From contig OX597832.1 of the NCBI GenBank assembly GCA_951406725.2, positions 44,826,001 through 44,890,000 on the forward strand: a DNA stretch of 64,000 nt. The letters run 5' to 3'. This DNA comes from Octopus vulgaris. Its lineage: Eukaryota. The notes below the pieces were generated by a model. The model did no database searches. It was given only the letters and a program-made list of their open reading frames with translations, and was not told where the DNA came from. Made by a program: the position numbers and the translations under genes. Position 1 is the stretch's first letter. Every line of letters begins with the position of its first letter. Positions 1 to 12,523 of the stretch are shown one piece after another.

Positions 1-3000
1 GCTCTCTCATTTAGAGTATGCCCAGGATTAAATTATCCAATATATCCTTTCCTTTCCCAAGAGAGCAAAGGGTATGATTTGAGGAAAATTTGCTTGCTAT
101 TTCTAGCAGATCAAGCAAATATATAGAGGCTCTCTCATTTAGAGTATGCCCAGGATTAAATTATCCAATATATCCTTTCCTTTCCCAAGAGAGCAAAGGG
201 TATGATTTGAGGAAAATTTGCTTGCTATTTCTAGCAGATCAAGCAAATATATAGAGGCTCTCTCATTTAGAGTATGCCCAGGATTAAATTATCCAATATA
301 TCCTTTCCTTTCCCAAGAGAGCAAAGGGTATGATTTGAGGAAAATTTGCTTGCTATTTCTAGCAGATCAAGCAAATATATAGAGGCTCTCTCATTTAGAG
401 TATGCCCAGGATTAAATTATCCAATATATCCTTTCCTTTCCCAAGAGAGCAAAGGGTATGATTTGAGGAAAATTTGCTTGCTATTTCTAGCAGATCAAGC
501 AAATATATAGAGGCTCTCTCATTTAGAGTATGCCCAGGATTAAATTATCCAATATATCCTTTCCTTTCCCAAGAGAGCAAAGGGTATGATTTGAGGAAAA
601 TTTGCTTGCTATTTCTAGCAGATCAAGCAAATATATAGAGGCTCTCTCATTTAGAGTATGCCCAGGATTAAATTATCCAATATATCCTTTCCTTTCCCAA
701 GAGAGCAAAGGGTATGATTTGAGGAAAATTTGCTTGCTATTTCTAGCAGATCAAGCAAATATATAGAGGCTCTCTCATTTAGAGTATGCCCAGGATTAAA
801 TTATCCAATATATCCTTTCCTTTCCCAAGAGAGCAAAGGGTATGATTTGAGGAAAATTTGCTTGCTATTTCTAGCAGATCAAGCAAATATATAGAGGCTC
901 TCTCATTTAGAGTATGCCCAGGATTAAATTATCCAATATATCCTTTCCTTTCCCAAGAGAGCAGAGGGTATGATTTGAGGAAAATTTGCTTGCTATTTCT
1001 AGCAGATCAAGAAAATATATAGAGGTCCTCTCATTTAGAGTATGCCCAGGATTAAATTATCCAATATAGCCTTTCCTTTCCCAAGAGAGCAAAGGGTATG
1101 ATTTGAGGAAAATTTGCTTGCTATTTCTAGCAGATCAAGCAAATATATAGAGGCTCTCTCATTTAGAGTATGCCCAGGATTAAATTATCCAATATATCCT
1201 TTCCTTTCCCAAGAGAGCAAAGGGTATGATTTGAGGAAAATTTGCTTGCTATTTCTAGCAGATCAAGCAAATATATAGAGGTTCTCTCATTTAGAGTATG
1301 CCCAGGATTAAATTATCCAATATATCCTTTCCTTTCCCAAGAGAGCAAAGGGTATGATTTGAGGAAAATTTGCTTGCTATTTCTAGCAGATCAAGCAAAT
1401 ATATAGAGGCTCTCTCATTTAGAGTATGCCCAGGATTAAATTATCCAATATATCCTTTCCTTTCCCAAGAGAGCAAAGGGTATGATTTGAGGAAAATTTG
1501 CTTGCTATTTCTAGCAGATCAAGCAAATATATAGAGGTTCTCTCATTTAAAGTATGCCCAGGATTAAATTATCCAATATATCCTTTCCTTTCCCAAGAGA
1601 GCAAAGGGTATGATTTGAGGAAAATTTGCTTGCTATTTCTAGCAGATCAAGCAAATATATAGAGGTTCTCTCATTTAGAGTATGCCCAGGATTAAATTAT
1701 CCAATATAGCCTTTCCTTTCCCAAGAGAGCAAAGGGTATGATTTGAGGAAAATTTGCTTGCTATTTCTAGCAGATCAAGAAAATATATAGAGGTTCTCTC
1801 ATTTAGAGTATGCCCAGGATTAAATTATCCAATATATCCTTTCCTTTCCCAAGAGAGCAAAGGGTATGATTTGAGGAAAATTTGCTTGCTATTTCTAGCA
1901 GATCAAGCAAATATATAGAGGTTCTCTCATTTAGAGTATGCCCAGGATTAAATTATCCAATATATCCTTTCCTTTCCCAAGAGAGCAAAGGGTATGATTT
2001 GAGGAAAATTTGCTTGCTATTTCTAGCAGATCAAGCAAATATATAGAGGTTCTCTCATTTAAAGTATGCCCAGGATTAAATTATCCAATATATCCTTTCC
2101 TTTCCCAAGAGAGCAAAGGGTATGATTTGAGGAAAATTTGCTTGCTATTTCTAGCAGATCAAGCAAATATATAGAGGTTCTCTCATTTAGAGTATGCCCA
2201 GGATTAAATTATCCAATATAGCCTTTCCTTTCCCAAGAGAGCAAAGGGTATGATTTGAGGAAAATTTGCTTGCTATTTCTAGCAGATCAAGCAAATATAT
2301 ATAGAGGCTCTCTCATTTAGAATATACCCAGGATTAAATTATCCAATATAGCCTTTCCTTTCCAAAGAGAGCAAAGGGTATGATTTGAGGAAAATTTGCT
2401 TGCTATTTCTAGCAGATCAAGCAAATATATAGAGGTTCTCTCATTTAGAGTATGCCCAGGATTAAATTATCCAATATAGCCTTTCCTTTCCCAAGAGAGC
2501 AAAGGGTATGATTTGAGGAAAATTTGCTTGCTATTTCTAGCAGATCAAGCAAATATATATAGAGGCTCTCTCATTTAGAATATACCCAGGATTAAATTAT
2601 CCAATATAGCCTTTCCTTTCCCAAGAGAGCAAAGGGTATGATTTGAGGAAAATTTGCTTGCTATTTCTAGCAGATCAAGCAAATATATATAGAGGCTCTC
2701 TCATTTAGAATATACCCAGGATTAAATTATCCAATATAGCCTTTCCTTTCCCAAGAGAGCAAAGGGTATGATTTGAGGAAAATTTGCTTGCTATTTCTAG
2801 CAGATCAAGCAAATATATATAAAGGCTCTCTCATTTAGAATATACCCAGGATTAAATTATCCAATATAGCCTTTCCTTTCCCAAGAGAGCAAAGGGTATG
2901 ATTTGAGGAAAATTTGCTTGCTATTTCTAGCAGATCAAGCAAATATATAGAGGTTCTCTCATTTAGAGTATGCCCAGGATTAAATTATCCAATATAGCCT

Positions 3001-3484
3001 TTCCTTTCCCAAGAGAGCAAAGGGTATGATTTGAGGAAAATTTGCTTGCTATTTCTAGCAGATCAAGCAAATATATATAGAGGCTCTCTCATTTAGAATA
3101 TACCCAGGATTAAATTATCCAATATAGCCTTTCCTTTCCCAAGAGAGCAAAGGGTATGATTTGAGGAAAATTTTCTTGCTATTTCTAGCAGATCAAGCAC
3201 ACATATATAGAGGTCCTCTCATTTAGAGTATGCCCAGGATTAAATTATCCAATATAGCCTTTCCTTTCCCAAGAGAGCAAAGGGTATGATTTGAGGAAAA
3301 TTTGCTTGCTATTTCTAGCAGATCAAGCAAATATATATAGAGGCTCTCTCATTTAGAGTATGCCCAGGATTAAATTATCCAATATATCCTTTCCTTTCCC
3401 AAGAGAGCAAAGGGTATGATTTGAGGAAAATTTGCTTGCTATTTCTAGCAGATCAAGCACGTATATATAGAGGCTCTCTCTCAT
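1..3484. repeat. 128-bp tandem satellite, ~27 copies (array continues beyond window start)
   Basis: Unit GCTCTCTCATTTAGAGTATGCCCAGG...CAAATATATAGAG recurs at 1, 129, 257...641. The first copies are identical; 130-bp variants (extra TA) appear after ~2290. Confidence 0.98.
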
Positions 3485-3886
3485 TGCGCAGTAGTACGGA
3501 TTAATGGTGATGGTCAGTAGTAGAGACAGTCTGTAGTAGTAGATAATGGTGACAATAATAGCAATTATTTCAACATCTGCTTGCTTGTTCATTGAACTTT
3601 TCCTTCGGCTCGGCTGACCTCACCTCTACTACCAATATTACATTGACAAAATTCAGAATTTGAACATCAAAGACCCTCAATATGGCACTGTTCCTGTCTT
3701 GTACATCGCTTACCTTTTGATCAAAGCTGTAAGTATTTCTTCAGAAGTATTTAGTAGTATCGAAGAAATTTGTGGAAGATATCACGGAAAGCAATTGATT
3801 GTTAGGTATTCACTGCACTTGTTGATAGCAGGATTGTTAAAAGCGTACTGTGTAGATCTGTAAAGCCCTAGAGCAGTAGAACTATT

Positions 3887-4302
3887 ACTCTTTTACTTGT
3901 TTCAGTCATTTGACTACGGCCATGCTGGAGCACCGCCTTTAGTCGAGCAAATCGACCCCACGACTTATTCTTTGTAAGCCCAGTACTTATTCTATCGGTC
4001 TCTTTTGCCGAACCGCTAAGTGACGGGGACATAAACACACCAGCATCGGTTGTCAAGCAATGGTAGGGGAACAAACACAGACACACAAACACACACACGC
4101 ATATATATATATATATATATATACATATATACATATATACGACAGGCTTCTTTCACTTTCCGTCTACCAAATCCACTCACAAGGCATTGGTCGGCCCGAG
4201 GCTATAGCAGAAGACACTTGCCCAAGATGCCACGTAGTGGGACTGAACCTGGAACCATGTGGTTGGTAAGCAAGCTACTTACCACACAGCCATTCCTGCG
4301 CC
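3887..4302 (-). mobile_element. tRNA-derived SINE, family A (head GGCGCAGGAGTGGCTGTGTGG, internal TA/TG microsatellite, GAGTAAAA tail)
   Basis: Pol III A-box (TGGCTGTGTGG) and B-box (GGTTCAGTCCC) like motifs; >15 near-identical copies in the window. Confidence 0.9.
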
Positions 4303-4679
4303 TATCTATACATCTGGCGCATAAATGGATTGATAAAGTAGTAGAGGCATTGATCGATCAGTAGAGCTGAATAACTAGGGACTGTAGATTAGTGGATTAA
4401 TAAAGGGATACAGGTGGTGCTCTCTGGAGCTTTAGATATGTAGTTCTCTATGATAATGGTAATAATAATAATGATTTCTTTTATTGGCCACAGGGGTCCA
4501 AAATATGGACAACAATACTGAAAGACAGGTTACTGTATACACACAAAAAGTACAAAAACAAAAGCAGGTGGGGTTCACATCGATCCAATCGAGATACCAC
4601 CTCATTAAAGGATAAAACAGAGGAGATATAATAGAAATTAGAGAAATAAATAATGAGTAAATAAATAACTAGACTCCCC

Positions 4680-4711
<32 letters not shown>

Positions 4712-4725
4712 TAATAATAATAATT

Positions 4726-4910
4726 GGCGCAGGAGTGGCTGTGTGGTAAGTAGCTTGCTAACTAACCACATGGTTCCGGGTTCAGTCCCACTGCGTGGCA
4801 TCTTGGGCAAGTGTCTTCTGCTATAGCCCCGGGCCGACCAATGCCTTGTGAGTGGATTTGGTAGACGGAAACTGAAAGAAGCCGGTCGTATATATGTATA
4901 TATATATATG

Positions 4911-4956
<46 letters not shown>

Positions 4957-5150
4957 TGTGTGTTTGTCCCCCTAGCATTGCTTGAAAACCGATGCTGGTG
5001 TGTTTACATCCCCGTTACTTAGCGGTTCGGCAAAAGAAACCGATAGAATAAGTACTGGGCTTACAAAAGAATAAGTTGCTCGATTAAAGGCAGTGCTCCA
5101 GCATGGCCGCAGTCAAATGACTGAAACAAATAAAAGTGTAAAAGAGTAAA
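4726..5150 (+). mobile_element. SINE family A, full length, with long target duplication
   Basis: Full head-to-tail match to other copies; flanking direct repeat 4655-4684 / 5144-5173. Confidence 0.92.
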
Positions 5151-5178
5151 TGAATAACTAGACTCCCCAATAACAATA

Positions 5179-5570
5179 TGGAATTATGGAAGCACTCAGT
5201 CGGTTACGACGACGAGGGTTCCAGTTGATCCGAATCAACGGAACAGCCTGCTCGTGAAATTAACGTGTAAGTGGCTGAGCACTCCACAGACACGTGTACC
5301 CTTAACGTAGTTCTCGGGGATATTCAGCGTGACACAGAGAGTGACAAGGCCGGCCCTTTGAAATACAGGTACAACAGAAACAGGAAGTAAGAGTGAGAGA
5401 AAGTTGTGGTGAAAGAGTACAGCAGGGATCACTACCATCCCCTGCCGGAGCTGCGTGGAGCTTTAGGTGTTTTCGCTCAATAAACACTCACAACGCCCGG
5501 TCTGGGAATCGAAGCCGCGATCCTATGACCGCGAGTCCGCTGCCCTAACCACTGGGCCATTGCGCCTCCA
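5179..5570 (-). mobile_element. tRNA(Arg)-like SINE, family D (head GGAGGCGCAATGGCCCAGTGGTTAGGGCAGCGGACTCGCGG)
   Basis: tRNA-like head with A/B boxes and TCG anticodon-like loop; TSD CAATAACAATA at 5168 and 5571; homologous copies elsewhere in the window. Confidence 0.88.
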
Positions 5571-5699
5571 CAATAACAATAATAATATTAATAATAATAA
5601 TAATAATAATTGAATAAAAATAAATAATAATAATAAAACATTGAGAAGCGCATCGTTGCTGTGAATTTTCTTTCCTTCTGTCTTCTTTATCTCATTTAT

Positions 5700-5905
5700 T
5701 CTTTTATTCTTTTATTTGTTTCAGTCATTTGACTGCGGCCATACTGGAGCACTGCCTTTAGTCGAAGAAATCGACCCCAGGACTTATTCTTTGTAAGCCT
5801 AGTACTTATTCTAGCAGTCTCTTTTGCTGAACTGCTAAGTTATGGGTACATAAACACCAACATCGGTTGTCAAGCAATGGTGGGGCTACAGACACAGACA
5901 CACAA
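5700..5905 (-). mobile_element. SINE family A, 3' half
   Basis: Matches the tail region of other copies. Confidence 0.85.
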
Positions 5906-5931
5906 ATGCCCTGTTTACGAGTTTTATTTTA

Positions 5932-6356
5932 GGTGTAAGAGTGGCTGTGTGATAAGTTGCTTGCTTATGAATCACATATGGTTCTGGGTTCAGTCCCAGT
6001 GCATTGCACCTTAGGCAAGTGTCTTCTACTATAACTTCGGGCAGACCAGAGCCTTGTGAGTAGATTTGGTAGACGGAAAATGAAAGAAGCCCATCATATA
6101 TATGTATATGTATATATGTATGTGTGTATATGTTTGTGTGTCTGTGTTCCCCCCCCCCCTCCACATCGCTTGACAACTGATGCTGGTGTGTTTACGTCCC
6201 CCGTGACTTAGCGGTTTGGCAAAAGAGACCGATAGAATAAGTACTAGGCTTACAAAGAATAAATCTTAGGATGGATTTGCTCATCTAAAGGTGGTACTCC
6301 AGCATGGCCACAGTCAATTAACTGAAACAAGTAAAAGTGTAAAGAGTAAAAGAGTA
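5932..6356 (+). mobile_element. SINE family A, diverged
   Basis: Head, body and GAGTAAAA tail recognisable. Confidence 0.87.
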
Positions 6357-6372
6357 ACACAAGATCCAAACA

Positions 6373-6433
<61 letters not shown>

Positions 6434-6454
6434 CTCTCTCTCTCTCTCTTTCTA

Positions 6455-6517
<63 letters not shown>

Positions 6518-7149
6518 TGTTCCTCACCCCCCACCACCAATACCAGTATACCCTGTCCTCACCATCTACACCGGATACGCCTTACTCATCTACACCGGGT
6601 ACGCCCTACTCCCTCCTCCTCCCCCCACTACCCCTTCTCCTCATATGCTTTCACTGTGAAAAGACAAGCTGCTAGCGCCATAGCTCATCAACTGCCCACC
6701 GATCTTACGCTTCCTCCTGACACTGCTTCATTCCGACTATCCCCCTTTAGCACCCTCCCGCCTCGTAATATCCTACGTTTTTATTTCTTAGGAACCTACA
6801 CCAACCCTTCCTGCCATCGTTCCTCCTTACCCCAACCTTCCCCACTGGTTGCTCCCCTATATTACCCACCTCAACTGGACCCCCCTCCCCAACTCAACTC
6901 TAGAATATCTGTATTCTTTCCTCTACCTAATAACGTTACTCAGTGACGATAACGAATGTCTTTATTTCTTAGGAACCTACACCAACCCTTCCTTACTCAG
7001 TGACGATAAATGCTGTGACTACAAAGACCCGGGCTGCTTTCTGCAGCAATTCCACATACCCCCTACTCATTCTAAGTACCCCGGATCCCCAAAGTACCCT
7101 GGATCCCCAAAGTACCCCGGACCTCGTTGCCCCCGTGCCGCTGACACGT

Positions 7150-7392
7150 TAAAATGCTCGAACCGATCGTGACGATGCCGGACCCTCCGGCCCCTGTGCA
7201 GGTGGCACGTAAAAAGCACCCAATCCACTCACGGAGTGGTTGGCGTTAGGAAGGGCATCCAGCCGTAGAAACTCTGCCAGATTCAGACTGGAGCCTGGTG
7301 CGGCCCCTGGCTTCCCAGACCCGGTCAAACCGTCCAACCCGTGCTAGCGCGGAAAGCGGACGTTAAACGATGATGATGATGATGATGATGAT
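7150..7392 (+). mobile_element. Retroposon 3' fragment, family C, (GAT)n tail
   Basis: GGCGTTAGGAAGGGCATCCAGC...CGGACGTTAAACGATGATGAT; >10 5'-truncated copies in the window. Confidence 0.88.
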
Positions 7393-7527
7393 ATAAATTT
7401 TTAATATTCAGTTATTTATTACTTGTATTTCTATTCATTTGTATATGTTAAGTAAGATTATATTGAACATATAGAGTATCATGGAAGAATATAAGAGATA
7501 GGGGTAATGAAATATGTTGAGAAATCC

Positions 7528-7627
7528 AGACCTGAAGATTGGGAGTATGTCGACCAGATTAAGTATTGAAACTATATACCTCATATCTAATCAATACCAA
7601 CATACTTTCATGAAACATGTGTAATCT
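7528..7627 (+). ncRNA. Degenerate type I hammerhead ribozyme-like motif with long stem II
   Basis: AGAC-CTGAAGA-T-TGGGAGTATGT...ACATACTTTCA-T-GAAA-CATGTG-TA-ATCT. Stem II has 11 bp including G-U pairs; stem I is imperfect. Confidence 0.5.
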
Positions 7628-8648
7628 TACAAACGGAAAATACAGGATTCAGAATAGATATAGTTAGTATAAGATTTAATATTTAACATTTTATGGAGTG
7701 GTCTGGTATAAAATCTTTCAGTGTTGATTGAGTTGAAGGTGGTTCTGTCTCTAAAACTACTTTTATTTATATATATATATGTGTGTGTGTGCACATGCAT
7801 TTACATATACATACACAGACATGTTTATGTATACTCATACTGTATTTTGTCAGACATCTATGGTAACCCATTATTGTTACTCTTGTCTGGTATATTGTAG
7901 CTTTATTGATGAATTTTTAGGCTGACACATCTAAAACCATAGTATACATGAAGCACACTGATAACACTATGAAACAAAAAAATTTTTTAATATGAACAAT
8001 AGAATGATCTGCTAAATAAAAAGGAATAGAATCAAAACAATTCTGTATTTGATATCAGGAATATTTTAAGATTGAATCTGTATGGAATGGACATGGAAAA
8101 AATAGAATGAAACTGGAAAAAAACCCAAAAAACTAATCACTATTCAATATTTGCTTATTCAAATATATGCTGTACGTAGACAATGGGTATAACATATCTC
8201 TTTAAATCCAATACTTGAGAAATCAATCACTATCAATCATGCCATTCAATAGATAATCACTCTTCAATTACAACAACAATGCAAAAACAGAGCTGATCCT
8301 TGTGGTGGTGGTGGTGGGGGGATTTTGTTGTTGTTGTTGTTTTTTTCCTGATAACAATGCATCTTTATTTAAAAGCATCATTACTGATTTATCCGAGATC
8401 TAACATGAAATATGCTTTGTAAAAAGCGGTGAATGCAGAAGAGTACAAAGAATATTCCTAGCCAGCCTATGCCGTAACACAGTTTAAATTCTTACATGAA
8501 ACCATTACACTTTTGTTGTTGTTAAAGCTCTTGGGAAAGGCATGAATGAATGGATATCAAACACACTGTGTAGCTCTTAAACATATGAAGCCACATGTCT
8601 CATCAAACAGGGCTAATAATGTCACTTTTATTATTATTATTGTTGTTG

Positions 8649-8688
<40 letters not shown>

Positions 8689-8700
8689 TAGTCAGGATGC

Positions 8701-8893
8701 CATGATAGATTGTTAGCTCCTACATGCATTTTTTTCTCTCCTTGTTTTTTTCTGTGTATCTTTCTGTCGAAGAGCGTAGGCTCGAAACATAAAAGACTTT
8801 TTCTCTTTCTATTCCTGAGCGCTATACTAATACATTTGTTTGTTTGTATTCCACCTGCCTTCGTCTTTTGTTTATTTTCATAAACTTTCCTGT
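8701..8893 (+). mobile_element. Short Penelope-like (pLTR)/retrozyme-type fragment carrying a hammerhead motif
   Basis: Homologous to 53397-53591 (-); 3' end abuts (TTA)n. Confidence 0.65.
8759..8796 (+). ncRNA. Minimal type I hammerhead ribozyme, mutated copy
   Basis: TCTTT-CTGTCGA-A-GAGC-GTAG-GCTC-GAAA-CA-TA-AAAGA; differs from the intact 53495 copy at core A6 and in stem III. Confidence 0.6.
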
Positions 8894-8967
8894 TATTATT
8901 AATTATTATTATTATTATTATTATTATTATCATTATTATTATTATCATCATTATTTTTATTAATATT

Positions 8968-9840
8968 ATTCAGTAGTTTTATTTTCATAACATGCTTTCA
9001 CTGCACTACCGAGCGCAGCTCTGTGTACCTTGGGTATGTGCTGTGGTTTGCTGTGATGCTCTTATGGTTACTGCATGTTATATATATTCGTTAGTCCTGG
9101 TGTTTTTGTTATGTTTTTGTCTGAATATTTTTTATCATACCTAATGCGCCTATTACGATAGGAATTGTTTCTGTTTTTAGTCTCCACATTTGAGTTACCT
9201 CTATTTCCAGGCCTTTGTATTTTGAAAGTTTCTTCATTTCTGTTAGAGAAATGTTGACATCTGTTGGTATTGATACATCAATTAGAAAGCATTTTTTTTC
9301 TTCGTGATCTCTGACAACTATATCTGGCCTATTGGCCTTAATTTCTCTATCTGTCTGTATTGGCATATCCCATAGTATTATTGCTTTCTCATTTTCTGTG
9401 ACCTTTTCTTGCATGCGCTTATACCATCTTTTTTCTGTTGTTATTCCATAGTGTTGGCATAGTTTCCAGTTTATCTAGGTCCCAACTCTGTCGTGTCTGC
9501 AAATATATTCCTTCTTAGCCAGGACTGGGGAGCCAGAGACAATATGATTTATTGTTTCTTGTCCATCTCCACATATTCTGCAGTTACTTGTTATGTTCCT
9601 TTTCATCATATGTTTTTGGTAATTTCTGGTGGGGAGGCTTTGGTCTTGTGCTGCAATTAAAAATTCTTCAGTGTCTGCTTTGGGTCCTGAGCTTCTCAGG
9701 CATTGCTGGGATTTTGCTTTCTCTATTTCTTTTGCATTTAGTTTAGCCCAGTAATTGCCATGAAGGGGCTTTTCTTGCCATCGTTTTATCATGGTCTGTT
9801 GCTGTTCCAGTTTTAGTTTGGATTTCATTTGTTTTACAGG
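8968..9840 (-). mobile_element. 5'-truncated R4/Dong-like non-LTR retrotransposon (CCHC knuckle + restriction-like endonuclease), disrupted
   Basis: ORFs 9475-9828 (CRICGDGQETINHIVSGSP...RHDRV) and 9109-9414 (WDMPIQTDREIKANRPDIVV...LIDVSIP...KLSKY); 3' end runs into (TAA)n. Confidence 0.88.
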
Positions 9841-9899
9841 TTTTGTTGTTTCTTCTTCTTCTTCATAGTTGATGAGACAGTTAGAATTTTCTTCTGGTC

Positions 9900-9956
<57 letters not shown>

Positions 9957-10869
9957 GGGAACTTCATACAAAAAATCTTGTTTTTTCTCATGTTTTAGTA
10001 TTTGTTTTCACATGGGAAAAACACAACCTCTTAACATAAAAATGATTTTATTTTGTTTTTATTTTTAACATGTCCTGTAATTTGATGAAACTGTACCTGT
10101 TTCTTTTACTTTTTCTCTTTCCTTTCCGAAAATAGAATGTGAAAATATTAAGACATCACCTTATTTGTCTGACTTTATATGCATAAATATAATCTCTATT
10201 TTCTTTTAAGAATTTCAGTTCCCACATTTTATGACTTGAATAAATATTAATTTTTCTATAGAAAAGAAGAAAAAAAAGAAAGAAAAAATCTATGGAAACT
10301 CTGAAACAGTTTATAGAACATGAAAGCATGTCGTATATCAAGGATTATTTATCACATGATAATACTGATTGAGCAGGTAAACCAATGATCATAGATGCTT
10401 CATCCTGATCATCCAGATGTTTCTCCTTTTTTTTCCTTTTCAGACATAGTGTATCAAGCATTATGTTATTGATTGTGTCTTCTAAAGGTGGAGTGTAATA
10501 TTTTTTAATATAACATTTACAACAGGTACAATAATTATATTTCAAATACATTCTCATCAAGACCATCATCAACATTGTTTTAATATCCTTTTTTCCACGC
10601 TTGCATGGGTCATCGGACAGCTCTCACTCTCGATACAGAAGAATATATTTTCTAAACCTGTTTCAATATAGACTTTGCATCTTGTACAAGTAAGCAAAGC
10701 AGCACTTGAAATCATTGAAAGATAAGATGAAGCAAGCAATAGTTTGCCATAATCTAAACGTTTACTTCTTCCCTAAACCTCACCATAATCAGAACAATAG
10801 CCATTGTCTTCTACCAGTTTCTTTCTTTTACTGGTCCTCATATTCTTGCTTCTTCTTCTCCTGTTCTCC

Positions 10870-11472
10870 CTTAATATCATCATCATCATCATCATCCTCA
10901 TCATCATCATCATCATCATCATCACCATCATCATTATTGTCATCACCAAACGCGACATCAGTAAAATTTCCAAAAGGAAGAGATAGAAAAAAAGAGGGGA
11001 ATGATGAAGACGAGGAAGAAGAAGAGGAAGAGGGGGAAGATGAAGAGGAAGGGAAATGGAGGGGAAAAGGAGAAAGAAGAAGAAGAGGGGAAAGAAGAGG
11101 AAGAGGAGGAAGTGAAGGAAGAAGAGAAGGAAGAAGGAAAAGGAAAAGGAAGGAGGAAGAGGAGAAGGAAGAATAGAAGGAAGAGGGGAGAAGTGGGGAG
11201 AAGGAGGAGGAGCAGGAGAGAAGAAGGAAGAAGATAAAGAAAAAAGGAAAGAAGACAAGAAGAGAAGGAAGGAGAGGAGAGAAGGAATATGAGGAGGAAG
11301 AAGCGGAGAAGGAAGAAAAGGAGAAGGAAGCGAAGGAGAAAGAGGAGGAGAAAAAAGAGATAGAGACTGGTGGGGGGGGGGGGAAGAAGAGAGAAATGAT
11401 ACATTACTTGTTTTCAAAATTGTATGCAATATCACTTTCCATCTTTGAACTAAGCTTGAACTCAGGATGATG

Positions 11473-11538
<66 letters not shown>

Positions 11539-11554
11539 GTGGTGGTGATGATGA

Positions 11555-11588
<34 letters not shown>

Positions 11589-11644
11589 GATGATGATGAT
11601 GATGATGATGACAATGATGATGATGATGATGGTGATGGTGATGG

Positions 11645-11693
<49 letters not shown>

Positions 11694-11760
11694 GATGATG
11701 ATGACGATGATGATGACGACGATGATGATGGTGATGATGATGATAATGATGATGCAGAAG
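10870..11760. repeat. Low-complexity block: (CAT)n, purine-rich GA tract, (GAT/GGT)n
   Basis: Seen directly in the sequence. Confidence 0.95.
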
Positions 11761-12289
11761 AGGAAGAGAAGGATGGCCTTTTTTGCCTTAGCTTTACTTT
11801 ATGTAGCTTTTATTTATTATTTTTTTTGTTTAACATCAAAGAACTATTTTTGAGTAATCCCAAATTTGTTTTTTTTTACATTGATAATACGACCACCACG
11901 TGAAACTCTAGTTATTATCTAATCTATTCCTCTATCTCAAAGCCAACTACTTTCTCTCTCCGTTTTGTTCCTCTGTACTTTCTCTTCTACGAACGAAAAC
12001 TTTAAATATTCAGGCATTTCCCAAACCACAAAAGATCAATAACGTTTGTCAGTGCTTTTCTCCGACTTCCATAATATTAAACCGGAGAGAAAGAGAGGCT
12101 GCGTGTACTTGAATAGAGAATAAAAGTCAATTTTGTATAAATCGTCAACTGTTTTTGAGGAAGATAAAAATCTGGACTTTCCATGTATCTCATATAAAAT
12201 TTAACCCTAGTTTTTCACAGCTATTGAATCAACATTTTCCGGTCAAAAGGACTAAACCGTGTATAAATGTTACAGATATGTTACAGATA

Positions 12290-12470
12290 GGCGTAGGAGT
12301 GGCTGTGTGGTAACTTGCTTGCTTACGAACCACATGTTCCGGGTTCAGTCCCACTGCATGGCACCTTGGGCAAGTGTCTTATACTATAGCCTTGTGCCTT
12401 CTACTATAGCCTCGGGCCAACCAAAGCCTTGTGATTGGATTTGGTAGACGGAAACTGAAAGAAGCCCGTC

Positions 12471-12523
<53 letters not shown>

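Noticed and set aside
1-3484. Possible CRISPR-like or ribozyme-containing array
   Set aside because: No unique spacers, no CUGANGA/GAAA core on either strand, and the context is eukaryotic.
3700-3870. Minus-strand splice donor AAG/GTAAG at ~3714 suggesting an exon
   Set aside because: All three frames from the plausible upstream acceptor contain stops, and no protein is recognisable.
4050-4364. Recurrent ORF RQASFSFRLPNPLTR...GTMWLVSKLLTTQP
   Set aside because: It is the antisense translation of SINE A.
5490-5570. tRNA-Arg gene
   Set aside because: It is a SINE head: it continues into the SINE body and lacks a complete acceptor stem.
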